From the NCBI GenBank assembly GCA_964354805.1, contig CAYHBD010000016.1, positions 101,472 through 165,471 on the forward strand: 64,000 nt of DNA, given 5' to 3'. The position numbers and the translations under genes were made by a program. The notes beneath the pieces were generated by a model that was not told the origin of the DNA, did not search any database, and was given only the letters and a program-made list of their open reading frames with translations. The DNA comes from an uncultured archaeon (GTDB lineage Archaea; Iainarchaeota; Iainarchaeia; Iainarchaeales; GCA-2688035). Position 1 is the first letter of the stretch, and every line of letters starts with the position of its first letter. Positions 46,060 through 56,584 of the stretch are shown piece by piece.

Positions 46060-48651
46060 ATGAATTCAAAAATATTATTCATTGCATTAATTGTTTCAGT
46101 CATCGCATTAAGCGGATGCATTCAATGGCCGACAATCTGCGGCAACGGCTTCTGCGAGCAAGGCGAGCGCTGGGGCGAGCCAAACTATTGCCCGGCAGAC
46201 TGCCCAAAACCAACAGGCGCAGTGGAGGTAACAGTTATTGATAACGTTGGCGTTGTCGGGCACGCAGATGTGCAACTTCGTACTGTTGAAGGCGAAGTTG
46301 TAGCTGAAATGGAATCAAACGAAGATGGCATTGCCTTATTTAACGGAGTTGAGCCAGGCACTTACTTTGTTGACGTGGAAAAAACAGGCTACGCTAAATT
46401 CAAATCAGACACCTTTGTTGTGACAGAAGGCGTTACAGTAAAAATAGAGGCAAAGCTTACGCCGGTAAGCGTTGGCCTTGCAACAGTTGTAGTCGGCAGG
46501 GGAGTAGTAAGAATAGCTGATGGTAAACAATATCCATACGATCCAACAGACACTGACCCAAGCAACGATTACTGGCTTGCAAATCTTGATTTGAACAAAG
46601 GCATGAATACCTCGCCAGCGGTTGCAACATTGCAAAAAATAACGCTCAAAAACTATGCAACAAAGTGGGATACCCAAAACCCATTGTGGAGCACAGACGA
46701 CAGCCTAACGCAAGCAGGGAAAGATTCTGCTGCAGCGGGTGGCAACTATGCTCACTTCCTGCAGGGAGAAAGCGAATACACAACAGGCTATGATTTTGCC
46801 AAGCTGCAATTCGACGGGTTCAAAATAGATTCAGATACCACAATAATAAAAATCGGAAACAATCAAATAATTTACACTGACGCAGCAAAGAGAACCAGGA
46901 CTGTTCCGTTCTACATTAAGTTGCCAACTTTCGGAAGCGAAGATACATTCAGTGTAAGCGGGCAAACATTTTACTATAAATGCAGTTCAACAGACACTTC
47001 AGTTAAAATAAAAAACAATGATTACCTCAATGGCTATTCAATATGGATCATTAGCAACAAGTTGTACACAGACAATGGCAGCGTTTATTTGCCGTCAATA
47101 CGCATCGGTGATAAACTGAATCTTGGTGGAGTGCAATTTGATGTCCTCCAAGTGGACCTCAATTTTGGAACCTTGACTCTGGGGGCGGATGGAAACTGTG
47201 CATTCAGCAAAACCTCTTTTTCAAACCCCGAATACCTGCAAGTTGGTTGGGGCGGATCTACACTGAACAATACAATATACTACGATGACGACAATGTGAT
47301 TAGACCACCAATAACAATGCCATTGAATGTAGCTAATAGCACAATGCAGGACACATACAAATACAGAATGTACGCAGGTGCGTCAGATAGCAGAATCTAC
47401 CTTCTATTGGACAATTCAACTTATTTCACCAGCGAGTTTTTCGGATATGACGGTGTAAGATTCCTTGGCACAGACACTTGTGAGACAGTCTACCTAGCTT
47501 CGTGCAAAACAAAAAAGCAATATTATTGGCCTGACCTGGCAGAATTCGGCAATTCGCCTAGTGACACTGCATTCCTTACAGCCCACTTTAATGCAGGTAA
47601 TGCAAGCGGCAACTGGGATAATAATGCATTAGTGTACATTGATACAGCAACAGGCAATCTCATACAATTCCCAAACGACCAATTGTCAAGCTATACCAGT
47701 GATGTGAATTTCCCAAATATTGGCTTGTATTTGAATGTCAGGACAGATGCAAAGCAGTATATGCAGGCTGCATGGACTGACTATGGGGCAAAGGCTGAAA
47801 TAACAGATGACAAGACAACAGCAACATTCACAATTCCACAGGGTCAGATTTATCTAAGTTTAACTGCATTGGGTGTTGGCAATCAAGGAACATATCCTAC
47901 GGAATACAGCTACACCTACTTTGGCACAGACTATGCACTGAAAAGCACAGATAATGCTGCTTCAGTTGAATTCAGAAAGAATATTGGCTCAGGCCAGTTG
48001 CCTTTCCTAGCAAATTCGGCAAAGAGCTATAGATATAATGGGACAACGTATGAAACAGTGGTGAAAGAAACAATCGGAATTGAAGCAGACGCAAGGTTTG
48101 ACAAAGATCAGGATGTCAAAGACCTGGTTGTCTATATGAAGGACGCTGGTGACTTTAACTATGTCCTTAACATGGGAACAGGAATCCCCTGCTGGGAAAG
48201 CACGTCAGCTCCTTGGACAAAGTTCACCGACGGAGACAACGACAATGTAATGATTCCGTTCCTCGGCAGCGAGTATACAGTGCAAGAGGCAGACTGCATT
48301 TCCGCAACCAAAAAGGTTACTTTGGTGAAAGAGCAAGCGAAAACAACCTACTCCGAAGGCGAATGGATCAAAGGCCTTGAGGGCGCAGGCAAGTACGCCG
48401 GCCAGGAGATGGATATCAAGGTTGGCCAATTGATGCAAGCAAGTGGAACAGGGCAATATACAATGATCTTTGAGTTGTACGACGCGCAAGGCATGCTTGT
48501 TCATAGTTTAGACCCTGTTTCAGAAGGAATCTACCTGAACGAAACATTTGTTGACAGCGAAGGCAACTATGCCCTGAAAACAGTGGTCTACGTTGACAGC
48601 ATTAGATATAGCCTAGTCGGCGGTGGCGGTGGCGGCGGAGCAGCGCCTTAA
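46060..48651 (+). CDS. Surface (S-layer-like) protein with lipobox-like signal, CGNG module and carboxypeptidase-regulatory-like domain
   Basis: LSGC, CGNGFCEQGE...CPADC, PGTYFVDVEKTGY, IPFLGSEY; T/D/N/Y-rich. Confidence 0.65.
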   Translation: MNSKILFIALIVSVIALSGCIQWPTICGNGFCEQGERWGEPNYCPADCPKPTGAVEVTVIDNVGVVGHADVQLRTVEGEVVAEMESNEDGIALFNGVEPGTYFVDVEKTGYAKFKSDTFVVTEGVTVKIEAKLTPVSVGLATVVVGRGVVRIADGKQYPYDPTDTDPSNDYWLANLDLNKGMNTSPAVATLQKITLKNYATKWDTQNPLWSTDDSLTQAGKDSAAAGGNYAHFLQGESEYTTGYDFAKLQFDGFKIDSDTTIIKIGNNQIIYTDAAKRTRTVPFYIKLPTFGSEDTFSVSGQTFYYKCSSTDTSVKIKNNDYLNGYSIWIISNKLYTDNGSVYLPSIRIGDKLNLGGVQFDVLQVDLNFGTLTLGADGNCAFSKTSFSNPEYLQVGWGGSTLNNTIYYDDDNVIRPPITMPLNVANSTMQDTYKYRMYAGASDSRIYLLLDNSTYFTSEFFGYDGVRFLGTDTCETVYLASCKTKKQYYWPDLAEFGNSPSDTAFLTAHFNAGNASGNWDNNALVYIDTATGNLIQFPNDQLSSYTSDVNFPNIGLYLNVRTDAKQYMQAAWTDYGAKAEITDDKTTATFTIPQGQIYLSLTALGVGNQGTYPTEYSYTYFGTDYALKSTDNAASVEFRKNIGSGQLPFLANSAKSYRYNGTTYETVVKETIGIEADARFDKDQDVKDLVVYMKDAGDFNYVLNMGTGIPCWESTSAPWTKFTDGDNDNVMIPFLGSEYTVQEADCISATKKVTLVKEQAKTTYSEGEWIKGLEGAGKYAGQEMDIKVGQLMQASGTGQYTMIFELYDAQGMLVHSLDPVSEGIYLNETFVDSEGNYALKTVVYVDSIRYSLVGGGGGGGAAP

Positions 48652-48675
48652 GCAAATAGTTAATGCAATTTGAAC

Positions 48676-48700
48676 CCCGGCTTTATGCCGGGCTTTTTCT
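48676..48700 (+). terminator. Hairpin plus T-tract terminator
   Basis: CCCGGC-TTTAT-GCCGGG followed by CTTTTTCTTT. Confidence 0.7.
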
Positions 48701-48831
48701 TTATTTTTTTTGCTTCTTTTTAGGTACCACGAATAACCAGGAACTTACCCCCCTTTTCGGGGATTGGCAAACAGCCCTATAGATAGAATTATATATAATT
48801 AATCCGTTAATATTATTTAAGGGTTTTTTGC

Positions 48832-49815
48832 ATGCAGGCGCAGAGTTTAAAGCACTTGGTTTTTCTTGCAGTGGTTGTTGTAGTCCTTGTTCTGATTGCT
48901 GCAGGCGCTGTTTTGCTGCTTAGAAATTTGAATGAGATTGCTGCAAATGCAGTGTGGGTTCTTTTGATTGTTGTTTTTGTCCTGATTGTTTGGAAGGGCG
49001 ATTTCCTGCTCATGCTGAAGGCTTATGAAAGGGCAGTGATAACGCGGTTTGGGAAGGTTGCAAGGGTAGGCGGCCCTGGCTGGTGCATTCGGATTCCGGG
49101 CATTGAGAATGCCACAGTTATTGACTTGAGAACGCAGACAGTTGATGTTCCAAAGCAGGATGTCATCACAAAGGAGAACATTGAGTTAAAGGTTGACGCA
49201 GTCTTATACCTGCGCGTTAATAAGGACAAGCAGAGCGTAATAAACAGCGTTGTAGAGGTTGAGGACTACAAAGAGGCCTCGAGGCTTTACCTAATTTCTT
49301 CAATCAGGGCAGTTGTTGGAACAATGACCTTGCCGGAAGTTATTGCAAAAACAGAGGAGCTTGAAACAAAGCTGCAGCAAGAGGTTGAAAAAATCGCCAG
49401 CAAATGGGGCGTTGAGGTTGTAAGCGTTGACTTTAAGGATGTTGACATTCCTGACACTGTTTTGCAGGCAATGCACGAGGAAAAGGCAGCAGAGCAGAGA
49501 AAGTTTGCGAGAATGGAGAGCGCTGAAGCGCATAGTGCCGAAATCAAGGCAGTGAGGGATGCGGCAGAGCAGTTGAGCGACAAGGCGCTTGCATACTATT
49601 ACATCAGGGCTTTGGAGAAAATCGGCAGGGGAAAGAGCACCAAGTTCATTTTCCCGATGGAGTTAAGCAGGCTGGCTGAAGCAGTCGGCGGCAGGGTTGG
49701 CGGAACAAGCAGCTCTGACTTAGAGCAATTGTTCAAAAAATACGCGCCCGCTGTTACAAATCTTTTAAGCAAAAACGAGCTGGAAAGAATAAAGAAAGAG
49801 GCAAAGAAAAAATAA
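48832..49815 (+). CDS. SPFH/stomatin (band 7) protein
   Basis: YERAVITRFG, GPG, IDLRTQTVDVPKQDVIT, KWGVEV. Confidence 0.93.
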   Translation: MQAQSLKHLVFLAVVVVVLVLIAAGAVLLLRNLNEIAANAVWVLLIVVFVLIVWKGDFLLMLKAYERAVITRFGKVARVGGPGWCIRIPGIENATVIDLRTQTVDVPKQDVITKENIELKVDAVLYLRVNKDKQSVINSVVEVEDYKEASRLYLISSIRAVVGTMTLPEVIAKTEELETKLQQEVEKIASKWGVEVVSVDFKDVDIPDTVLQAMHEEKAAEQRKFARMESAEAHSAEIKAVRDAAEQLSDKALAYYYIRALEKIGRGKSTKFIFPMELSRLAEAVGGRVGGTSSSDLEQLFKKYAPAVTNLLSKNELERIKKEAKKK

Positions 49816-49940
49816 GGCTTTTTTTTTCTTTTTTTTGTTTTGCCACTGCTGTGCCGAGTGCTCTTGTGTCTAATTGGGTGAATTGTTCTAATAGTTTTTC
49901 TTTTTTGAGTATTTCTTCTGTTGCTTCCAACTGACCGCTT

Positions 49941-50405
49941 TCATTTAACTAGCAATTCGTCTGCGTTAATTTCTATATAAGCGGGGCGGACTTCATACCC
50001 CTTACCAACTGCTTTTATTCGGAAGAATGTAGTTCCGGGCGTCTTTTTCAACCACCATTTTTCGTGAAGTTTTTTAGCGTCTATTTGGAAAAAATCAAAA
50101 TTTAAATCAGGTCGTACGGCGCAGAATACCCAAAAAAAGTTTTTGATTTTAAGGGATTGGTCCATTTTACTTTTTTTAATAGAAAACCAATATTCGTTCT
50201 GTTGCCCACGGCGTTCATTTATAGTTCGAGCTTTTAACTGATAGTAAAAAACAACACCCCCCTTTACGGTCAACAAGTCGATTCCCTTATCTTCAAATGG
50301 GAAATAAACTTCGAATCCTTTTCGCCGAAGCAATTTTGCGAAATGCGTTGTAGAATAAAATTCAAGGTTGCGCCGAATCAAAAAATTTTTTACAACCAGC
50401 CCCAC
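49941..50405 (-). CDS. PD-(D/E)XK nuclease-fold protein
   Basis: E...LLRRKGFEVYFPFEDKGIDLL...YQLKAR; AT-rich. Confidence 0.7.
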   Translation of the reverse strand: MGLVVKNFLIRRNLEFYSTTHFAKLLRRKGFEVYFPFEDKGIDLLTVKGGVVFYYQLKARTINERRGQQNEYWFSIKKSKMDQSLKIKNFFWVFCAVRPDLNFDFFQIDAKKLHEKWWLKKTPGTTFFRIKAVGKGYEVRPAYIEINADELLVK

Positions 50406-50555
50406 TTAAACCACTCCTTTTTTCACCATTCTTATCCCTTTTGTTTCTTTTTCTTTTCCAAATTTTTTGACTTCTTTTAGGGCTTTTTTTCTATTTTTTA
50501 GAATACAATGTTTCTTGTTTTTTTCATTACTTTTAGGCGTTGGTTTCTTTGTCCG

Positions 50556-51422
50556 TTAAATCGCTTCCACTATTGCCCATGCCTCAATTAGTGCTCCTAT
50601 AAGCAGCAAGCCCACTGCATAGAACAGCATTACTGTTACGTCCTTTGAGATTGTGCTTGGCTCATGGCTCCTGTACCTTCTTTTGGTTATTGCTGCGCTG
50701 ATTATGCCCCCTGCAATTGCTCCCACGAAGTATCCGAGCCATTCAGGAATGCCGTGCGGCAGCAATGCAAGCGATACATTAGCTGCTGAGGCCACTCCGT
50801 GCAATGCACCGGCTGACCCAGCCACGGAAATTATTTCTTTTCCCAAAAGAACCCCTACAATTGAGGCATTCCATCCAATCAGGAAAATCGCGCCAGCCCC
50901 GTAAATAAATGATAAGGTTACTGCTGCAAGCAATACAAAGCTGTTGTTGAAGAATATTACGTCAAACCAGCACCAGCTGTTTGAACCGCACGCCCTTGGC
51001 GTTATTACCGCGTTTCCGGTAAGGGTTTCGCGCAGGTTTCCGATTGATGAAAGCGTTTTATCCTGTTCCGAGAAAACGACCTGCCTTTGCTCCAATGGCA
51101 GGACAGCGTACCAGAATGCGTAAGTTATTATTAATCCAATGAACAGCCATGCGAAAACCTCTATTACCCTGAAGTGCCTTGCCAGGAATGATGCAGCGTA
51201 TCCTGGCCTTTTTGCTTCGCTTTCCTCTTCCCTTATAAAAACCCTGTCCATCATTGGAACTAGGGCGATTGTAATGAATGCAATTGAAAGAATGCTGCTG
51301 CTTCCAGGGAAGGTGAAGTAAGCAATCCAGATGCTGGCGCTGCCGATTACAATTGAAATGAACAGCATGAACAAGGGGTGCCTCAGCATTTCCTTGCTTG
51401 AAACAATTGCTTCCAGAACCAT
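50556..51422 (-). CDS. SpoIIM/DUF95 membrane protein
   Basis: IFFNN, WNASIVG, LLPHGIPE, ALIE. Confidence 0.9.
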   Translation of the reverse strand: MVLEAIVSSKEMLRHPLFMLFISIVIGSASIWIAYFTFPGSSSILSIAFITIALVPMMDRVFIREEESEAKRPGYAASFLARHFRVIEVFAWLFIGLIITYAFWYAVLPLEQRQVVFSEQDKTLSSIGNLRETLTGNAVITPRACGSNSWCWFDVIFFNNSFVLLAAVTLSFIYGAGAIFLIGWNASIVGVLLGKEIISVAGSAGALHGVASAANVSLALLPHGIPEWLGYFVGAIAGGIISAAITKRRYRSHEPSTISKDVTVMLFYAVGLLLIGALIEAWAIVEAI

Positions 51423-51600
51423 TTTCGGGCGCCTCTTTTTTTCAAACCGCTGTTTTTGCCTTCATCGCCTTGATTTAAATAATTGTTGTTTAGCAAATTA
51501 TCTATTATAATAATTAATTAAAGAAGATAATAAACCTGTTGTTTTTAGGGCAGCGTTATTTGCTTTTTTTGGGCGTTTTGAATTCAAAGGCGGCGATTTA

Positions 51601-52158
51601 ATGCAACAGAAACCGGTTCTGCCAGGCGATGCTTTAAGCACTGAAGAGGAATTTGAGCCTGGCGCCAATGCTTTTGCTGAAGATGGCAATATTTTTGCGT
51701 CAGCAGGCGGCACTGTTACCGTGGATGCAAAGCACAAACTGATTGGTGTCCAGCCTGCAAAGCATGTTAAGCAGCTGCAGCCAGGCGCTATTGTTTTTGC
51801 GACAGTTGTTTTTGTCAAGGAAAGCAGTGTCATTGTTTCACTGCTGCCTGGCACTGAAAAAAATGAAAGGCTTGTAATAAGCCAGAGCAGTGCAATGCTG
51901 CCGGTGAGGAATGTCAGCAGGGACTATGTCGAGAACCTGCGGGACTGCTTCAGGATCGGCGATTTGATTAAGGCAAGGGTGACAAAGGCAAGCAATCTCG
52001 GCGTTGATTTGGCAACAGCAGAGCCGGAGTTGGGCGTGGTAAAAGCTTTCTGCGTAAAATGCAGGCACCCGCTGCACTTGTTCGGCTCTTCACTTAAGTG
52101 CTTAAACTGCGGAAACAGCGAGCAGAGGAAAACAAGCAAGGATTACCTGCTGAAATAA
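51601..52158 (+). CDS. csl4: Exosome RNA-binding subunit Csl4
   Basis: VLPGD..STEEE, S1 domain, LGVVKAFC..C...C..CG.E.RK. Confidence 0.93.
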   Translation: MQQKPVLPGDALSTEEEFEPGANAFAEDGNIFASAGGTVTVDAKHKLIGVQPAKHVKQLQPGAIVFATVVFVKESSVIVSLLPGTEKNERLVISQSSAMLPVRNVSRDYVENLRDCFRIGDLIKARVTKASNLGVDLATAEPELGVVKAFCVKCRHPLHLFGSSLKCLNCGNSEQRKTSKDYLLK

Positions 52159-52228
52159 AAATGGTTTGCCGGGGATTTTTAAGAGCAGAATGAATTGGCT
52201 GTTGGCAGGGATTGCCTGTTGAAATAAA
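52136..52228 (+). repeat. 24-bp echo of the csl4 3' end
   Basis: GCAAGGATTACCTGCTGAAATAAA (52136) versus GCAGGGATTGCCTGTTGAAATAAA (52205). Confidence 0.7.
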
Positions 52229-52297
52229 GGGCTTTAAAAGCGGGATTTTTTTAAATAAGTTGTTTTTTTATAATGTAACAATAAAGAGGTATGTTTT

Positions 52298-52570
52298 ATG
52301 CAGATTGAGGTTTTGAGTGAAAAAAAGAACGAGCTGGAATTCGTTTTGAAGGGCGAGAGGCACACTTTCCCGAACCTGCTGCGCTCTGCACTGCTGGAAG
52401 ACAGCGAAGTGCTGTTCGCCGCATACAAGCTGAACCACCCTTTTGACGACGACAGCCAGTTCATTGTCAAAACAAAAGGCAAGACAGCGAAAAAAGCGCT
52501 GGGCGATGCACTGAAAAAAATCGACTCGGATTTAAGTGAATTCAAAAAAGCATTCAAAGACGCTGAATAA
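52298..52570 (+). CDS. rpoL: RNA polymerase subunit L (Rpo11)
   Basis: GERHTFPNLL...AAYKLNHP. Confidence 0.95.
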   Translation: MQIEVLSEKKNELEFVLKGERHTFPNLLRSALLEDSEVLFAAYKLNHPFDDDSQFIVKTKGKTAKKALGDALKKIDSDLSEFKKAFKDAE

Positions 52571-52598
52571 CCGCCTGCAAATTCAAGAAGTGGCTGAT

Positions 52599-53159
52599 GT
52601 GAAGCACTTATTGCGCGTTCTTGCAATCGACGACGGCTACTTCAAGCCAAAGCAGAAAGGCGAAACGATTCTTGTAGGCGTTGTAAGCAGGCTTGATTCA
52701 CGGATTGAAGGAATCCTTTCAACAAAAGTGCAGGTTGACGGCCTGGACAGCACAAAACAGATTTGCTCAATGCTCTTGAACGGCAAATTCAGCAACCAGA
52801 TTTCATTCATTTTGCTGAGCGGGATGAACTTTGCCGGCTTCAACATTGTTGACTTGAAAAAATTGTTTGCCAGAACAGGCATTCCAATAATAATTGTTTT
52901 CAGAAAAATGCCGAGGATGCACAAAATAGATTTGGCTTTAAGCAAATTCAGGGACTGGAAAAAAAGAATGAAACTGATTGTAGCTGCAGGCGAAATCCAC
53001 TACTGCAATAAAATTCACTTCCAAGTGCACGGCACTGACGCAAAAACAGCCGCAAGCGTGCTGCGCAAAACCATAAAGCACAGCAACCTGCCGGAGCCAC
53101 TGCGCTTAGCGCACCTGATTGCTTCAGGTGTCTCAATCGGCGAAAGCACAAGACCGTAG
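52599..53159 (+). CDS. DUF99 (endonuclease V-like) protein
   Basis: LAIDDG, VDGLD, FAGFNIVD, LPEPLRLAHLIA. Confidence 0.9.
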   Translation: MKHLLRVLAIDDGYFKPKQKGETILVGVVSRLDSRIEGILSTKVQVDGLDSTKQICSMLLNGKFSNQISFILLSGMNFAGFNIVDLKKLFARTGIPIIIVFRKMPRMHKIDLALSKFRDWKKRMKLIVAAGEIHYCNKIHFQVHGTDAKTAASVLRKTIKHSNLPEPLRLAHLIASGVSIGESTRP

Positions 53160-53205
53160 AAAGGAAACCGATTTAAAGTTAAACGCTAATACTTTCTATT
53201 GATTT

Positions 53206-54105
53206 TTGGTGGAAAAAATGCGCTTGGGCGGCATCAGGAAAAAAATGCAGTTGCTTGATCCCTTCACTTACGTTGACAGGCTTGTAATTGCAAGGGTGGA
53301 AAAGCAGGGCGAAAGAAACAAATTCATTGTTTTCTGCGCCTGCCTCCTGTTCCTTGCAATCGCTTCCATTTCGCTTGTCCCAATGCTTGCAAACAGCATT
53401 CCGCTTTTAATTATTTTAATTGCTGGCCTGTCATTTTACTATTACACCAACAGAAAGGAAGGGTTGAACTGGGCTATTTACATTTCTTTTGCATTCATTT
53501 TCGCATTCGTCCTTTTCAGTGCAATCGGACTGCTGCTTGGAACCAGCAGCCCAATGGTGATTGTTTTAAGCGGCAGCATGGAACCACTGTACCACAGGGG
53601 CGATGTGATAATCCTGCAGGGGGCAACGGCTGCGAACCTTGCGGGAAAAGAGGTTTTGCTGCAGCAACAATCATTGAATGAAACAGCTTTCGATTCTTTT
53701 GCTGCAACGGATTATCTTGGCAGCGACCGGATTAAAAAAATCAAATTCAATTCAGGGCAGGAAATTGATGTAACGGAAGAGGGCAGCATTGTTGTTTACT
53801 GGAGCAGCCTGCTGCAGAAGCCGATAATCCACAGGGTTGTTGCAAAAGTGCATGCAGCAGACGGCTGGTTTGTTTTGACAAAAGGCGATGCAAACCCGCA
53901 GCTTGACCAGGACTGCGGAACTGTAACTTACGGCAGGCCGTCAAAAAGCTGCATTCAGCTTTACCCTGTGCAAGTGGAACAGCTGCAGGGAAAAGCGCTT
54001 GGGAGTGTTCCATTCATCGGCTGCTTCAAGCTATGGCTTTTGGACGACCTAGGCAGCCTTATTGCAAAAGGAGAAATGCCGGCTGATTTCACCGGAATCT
54101 GCTGA
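53206..54105 (+). CDS. Signal peptidase I (Sec11 type)
   Basis: VLSGSMEP..RGD, IIHRV, TKGDAN. Confidence 0.9.
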   Translation: MVEKMRLGGIRKKMQLLDPFTYVDRLVIARVEKQGERNKFIVFCACLLFLAIASISLVPMLANSIPLLIILIAGLSFYYYTNRKEGLNWAIYISFAFIFAFVLFSAIGLLLGTSSPMVIVLSGSMEPLYHRGDVIILQGATAANLAGKEVLLQQQSLNETAFDSFAATDYLGSDRIKKIKFNSGQEIDVTEEGSIVVYWSSLLQKPIIHRVVAKVHAADGWFVLTKGDANPQLDQDCGTVTYGRPSKSCIQLYPVQVEQLQGKALGSVPFIGCFKLWLLDDLGSLIAKGEMPADFTGIC

Positions 54106-54174
54106 AAACTTTTTTGCCCAGAATAACTCTTTTTAAAACTTTGTTGGGCTAAATTGTTTCTTGAGGGGTTGAAA

Positions 54175-54921
54175 ATGCAGCTTGTTTTGGAAAAGGCGGC
54201 TGATTTGCAGAAGAGCATTGAGGCGATTGCGGTTTTAATTGATGAGGCAGAGTTTATTGCCGATGAGAGAGGGCTTGCTTTGAGGGCAACCGACCCGAGC
54301 CAGATTTCAATGGTTAATTTTCTGCTTGAGAAAAAGGCGTTCAAGAAATTTGATGTGAAGGGAGCAACAAAAATCGGCCTGGATTTGGAGTACTTGCGCC
54401 AGATTATGTCAAGGGCAAAGAGCGATGACCAGCTGACAATTGAATTGGCTGATGACGACAACAGGCTGCATGTGCACTTCAAGGGCGTTGGCGAAAGGGC
54501 TTTTCAGATTCCGCTGATTGACATCAGTGCAGCAGAGCTGCCTAATCCTAAGATTGAGTTTGATGCATTCATCAAATTGAGGGCTGCCGTATTGCAGGAT
54601 GCGCTGAAGGATGCTTCCCTCATAAGCTCGCATGTTTCTCTTGGGATTGCGAAGGACAAATTTTTTGTGAAAGCAGACAGCAGCAAGGGAAACCTGCGCA
54701 ACGAAACAGAAAAAGACAAAGAGAACCTGATTGAATTGAAGGCGTCAAAAGAGGTCAGCAGCATGTTCCCGCTTGATTACCTGCAGGACATTATTAAAAC
54801 AGCGGCAAGCGACACAATTGTTGAATTAAAGCTGAAAAACAATGCCCCAATAGAGGTCGCCTACAATATCGGCGAAGCGCAAATCACTTATTTGCTTGCG
54901 CCGAGGATTGAAAGCGATTGA
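54175..54921 (+). CDS. pcn: PCNA sliding clamp 1
   Basis: ATDPSQISMV, IPLID, YLLAPRIE. Confidence 0.95.
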   Translation: MQLVLEKAADLQKSIEAIAVLIDEAEFIADERGLALRATDPSQISMVNFLLEKKAFKKFDVKGATKIGLDLEYLRQIMSRAKSDDQLTIELADDDNRLHVHFKGVGERAFQIPLIDISAAELPNPKIEFDAFIKLRAAVLQDALKDASLISSHVSLGIAKDKFFVKADSSKGNLRNETEKDKENLIELKASKEVSSMFPLDYLQDIIKTAASDTIVELKLKNNAPIEVAYNIGEAQITYLLAPRIESD

Positions 54922-54988
54922 GCCATACAAATTTGAGTGGCTTTTTACAACTCTTTTTTTAATAATTTCCTTTTCTTCTACAATCACT

Positions 54989-56575
54989 ATGGCACTCTAT
55001 TTCAGGGCTTTGCTGCTGGGGGCAGTGCTTAGCATTGTTACTGCAATGTACAGCGCTTTCGCTGGCTTGAAGATCGGCGGTGTTTATTGGTCGAGTGTTA
55101 CAATGGCTGTAATTGCAATGGCTGTCCTGAATCTGCTTGGCAAAACAAACAAGAAGGAAATAAATATCGCCCAGACTGTTGCAAACACCGGCGCCATGCT
55201 TGCTGCGGGAGTGATTTTCACCATTCCTGCGATTTGGCTGATTGGATTGCAGGTTTCGCTGCTCGAAATTTTCTTTGTTTCAATTGTCGGCGGCCTTGCA
55301 GGAGTTATTTTCAGCGTTCCGCTGCGCAAGGAAATGATTGTGAGGGAAAAGCTGCCTTATCCTGATGGAATGGCGACAGCTGCAATAATTGAGGCAGGCG
55401 ATGAAAGGGGACGCAAAGCAAAAGCTGTTTTCAGCATGTTTGGAATCGGAGCTGTCTTCTCTTTGCTGAGAGACTATTTTGCTGTATTGCCAGGCTTGCT
55501 CAGCATTGATTCAATTAAAGGCGGCTTCTCAAAACTTTTCTCTCTCGGCACCAGCGTTTCATTGATTCCATTCGCGGGCGGTTATTTGATTGGCTTGCGC
55601 TTCACTGGCATCTGGTTTGCAGGCGCGGTTCTTTCAAATTTCATTTTGGTTCCATATCTTGTTTCAACAGCTGCCTTTGCGGCAAAAGCTGATGCAGCTG
55701 CCGCAATTGCTGCACCGCTTGGAATCGGAATTGTGATTGGCGCAAGCATTGCATACTTTGCAGTGAAAGCTTTGCCCAAGCTGCGCAGGATTGCAGCTGA
55801 TTACAGCGAGATGGGCAAAAGCAGCGTGCGCTTTTTCGGTTTGGCGATAATTGCATTAGTTGCTGTTCTTACTGTTGTAATGCAGCTGAATGTAATTATT
55901 TCAGTTATCGCAATTGCCGGCGCTTTTGTGATGGCTTATGTTGGTGCAAGGGTTACAGGTGAAATGAACATTGACCCAATGGAACTGTTTGCAATGATTG
56001 TTTTGATTGCGGCAAAGCTGCTGTTTGGCTTCAATGCCGTTTTGCTTGTTTTGCTTGCAGCCGTTGTATGCATTGCTGCGGGAATTGCCGGGGACATGCT
56101 GCAGGATTTGAAGGCAGGCTTTTTGCTCGGCACTGACCCAAAGCAGCAGTTTTACGCGCAGATTGTCGGGGTTGTTGCAGCATCGCTTGTAATCGGCACT
56201 GTTTTGTTTGCATTGAATACCGCTTACACTATTGGCAGCGCTGACCTGCCCGCACCGCAGGCTGTTGCCCTTTCAGCCGTTGTCAAGGCAGACAGCCTTT
56301 CAACAGTGCTTGCAATCGGAATCGTGATTGGCGCAATTGCCGCTCTTGTTTTAAGCTTTTTTTCCAGCCCGATTGCTGTTGTTGCATTCGGAATTGGTGT
56401 TTATGTTCCAATCACTTTGAGCTTCCCGCTTTTTGTTGGTGGATTGCTGCGCTTCTGGGCTGACAGGCGGCATTGGACTGAAAAAGGCAGGCTGCTTGCA
56501 GCCGGTGCAATTGCCGGCGAGGGCTTTATCGGCGTTGCATTGGCTTTAATTGGTTTTGCTGCAACTGTTTTGTAG
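54989..56575 (+). CDS. OPT-family oligopeptide transporter
   Basis: GLKIG, EINIAQT, LPYPDG.A.A, MLQDLKAG, LPAPQA, AGAIAGE. Confidence 0.92.
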   Translation: MALYFRALLLGAVLSIVTAMYSAFAGLKIGGVYWSSVTMAVIAMAVLNLLGKTNKKEINIAQTVANTGAMLAAGVIFTIPAIWLIGLQVSLLEIFFVSIVGGLAGVIFSVPLRKEMIVREKLPYPDGMATAAIIEAGDERGRKAKAVFSMFGIGAVFSLLRDYFAVLPGLLSIDSIKGGFSKLFSLGTSVSLIPFAGGYLIGLRFTGIWFAGAVLSNFILVPYLVSTAAFAAKADAAAAIAAPLGIGIVIGASIAYFAVKALPKLRRIAADYSEMGKSSVRFFGLAIIALVAVLTVVMQLNVIISVIAIAGAFVMAYVGARVTGEMNIDPMELFAMIVLIAAKLLFGFNAVLLVLLAAVVCIAAGIAGDMLQDLKAGFLLGTDPKQQFYAQIVGVVAASLVIGTVLFALNTAYTIGSADLPAPQAVALSAVVKADSLSTVLAIGIVIGAIAALVLSFFSSPIAVVAFGIGVYVPITLSFPLFVGGLLRFWADRRHWTEKGRLLAAGAIAGEGFIGVALALIGFAATVL

Positions 56576-56584
56576 GGGAGCGGC

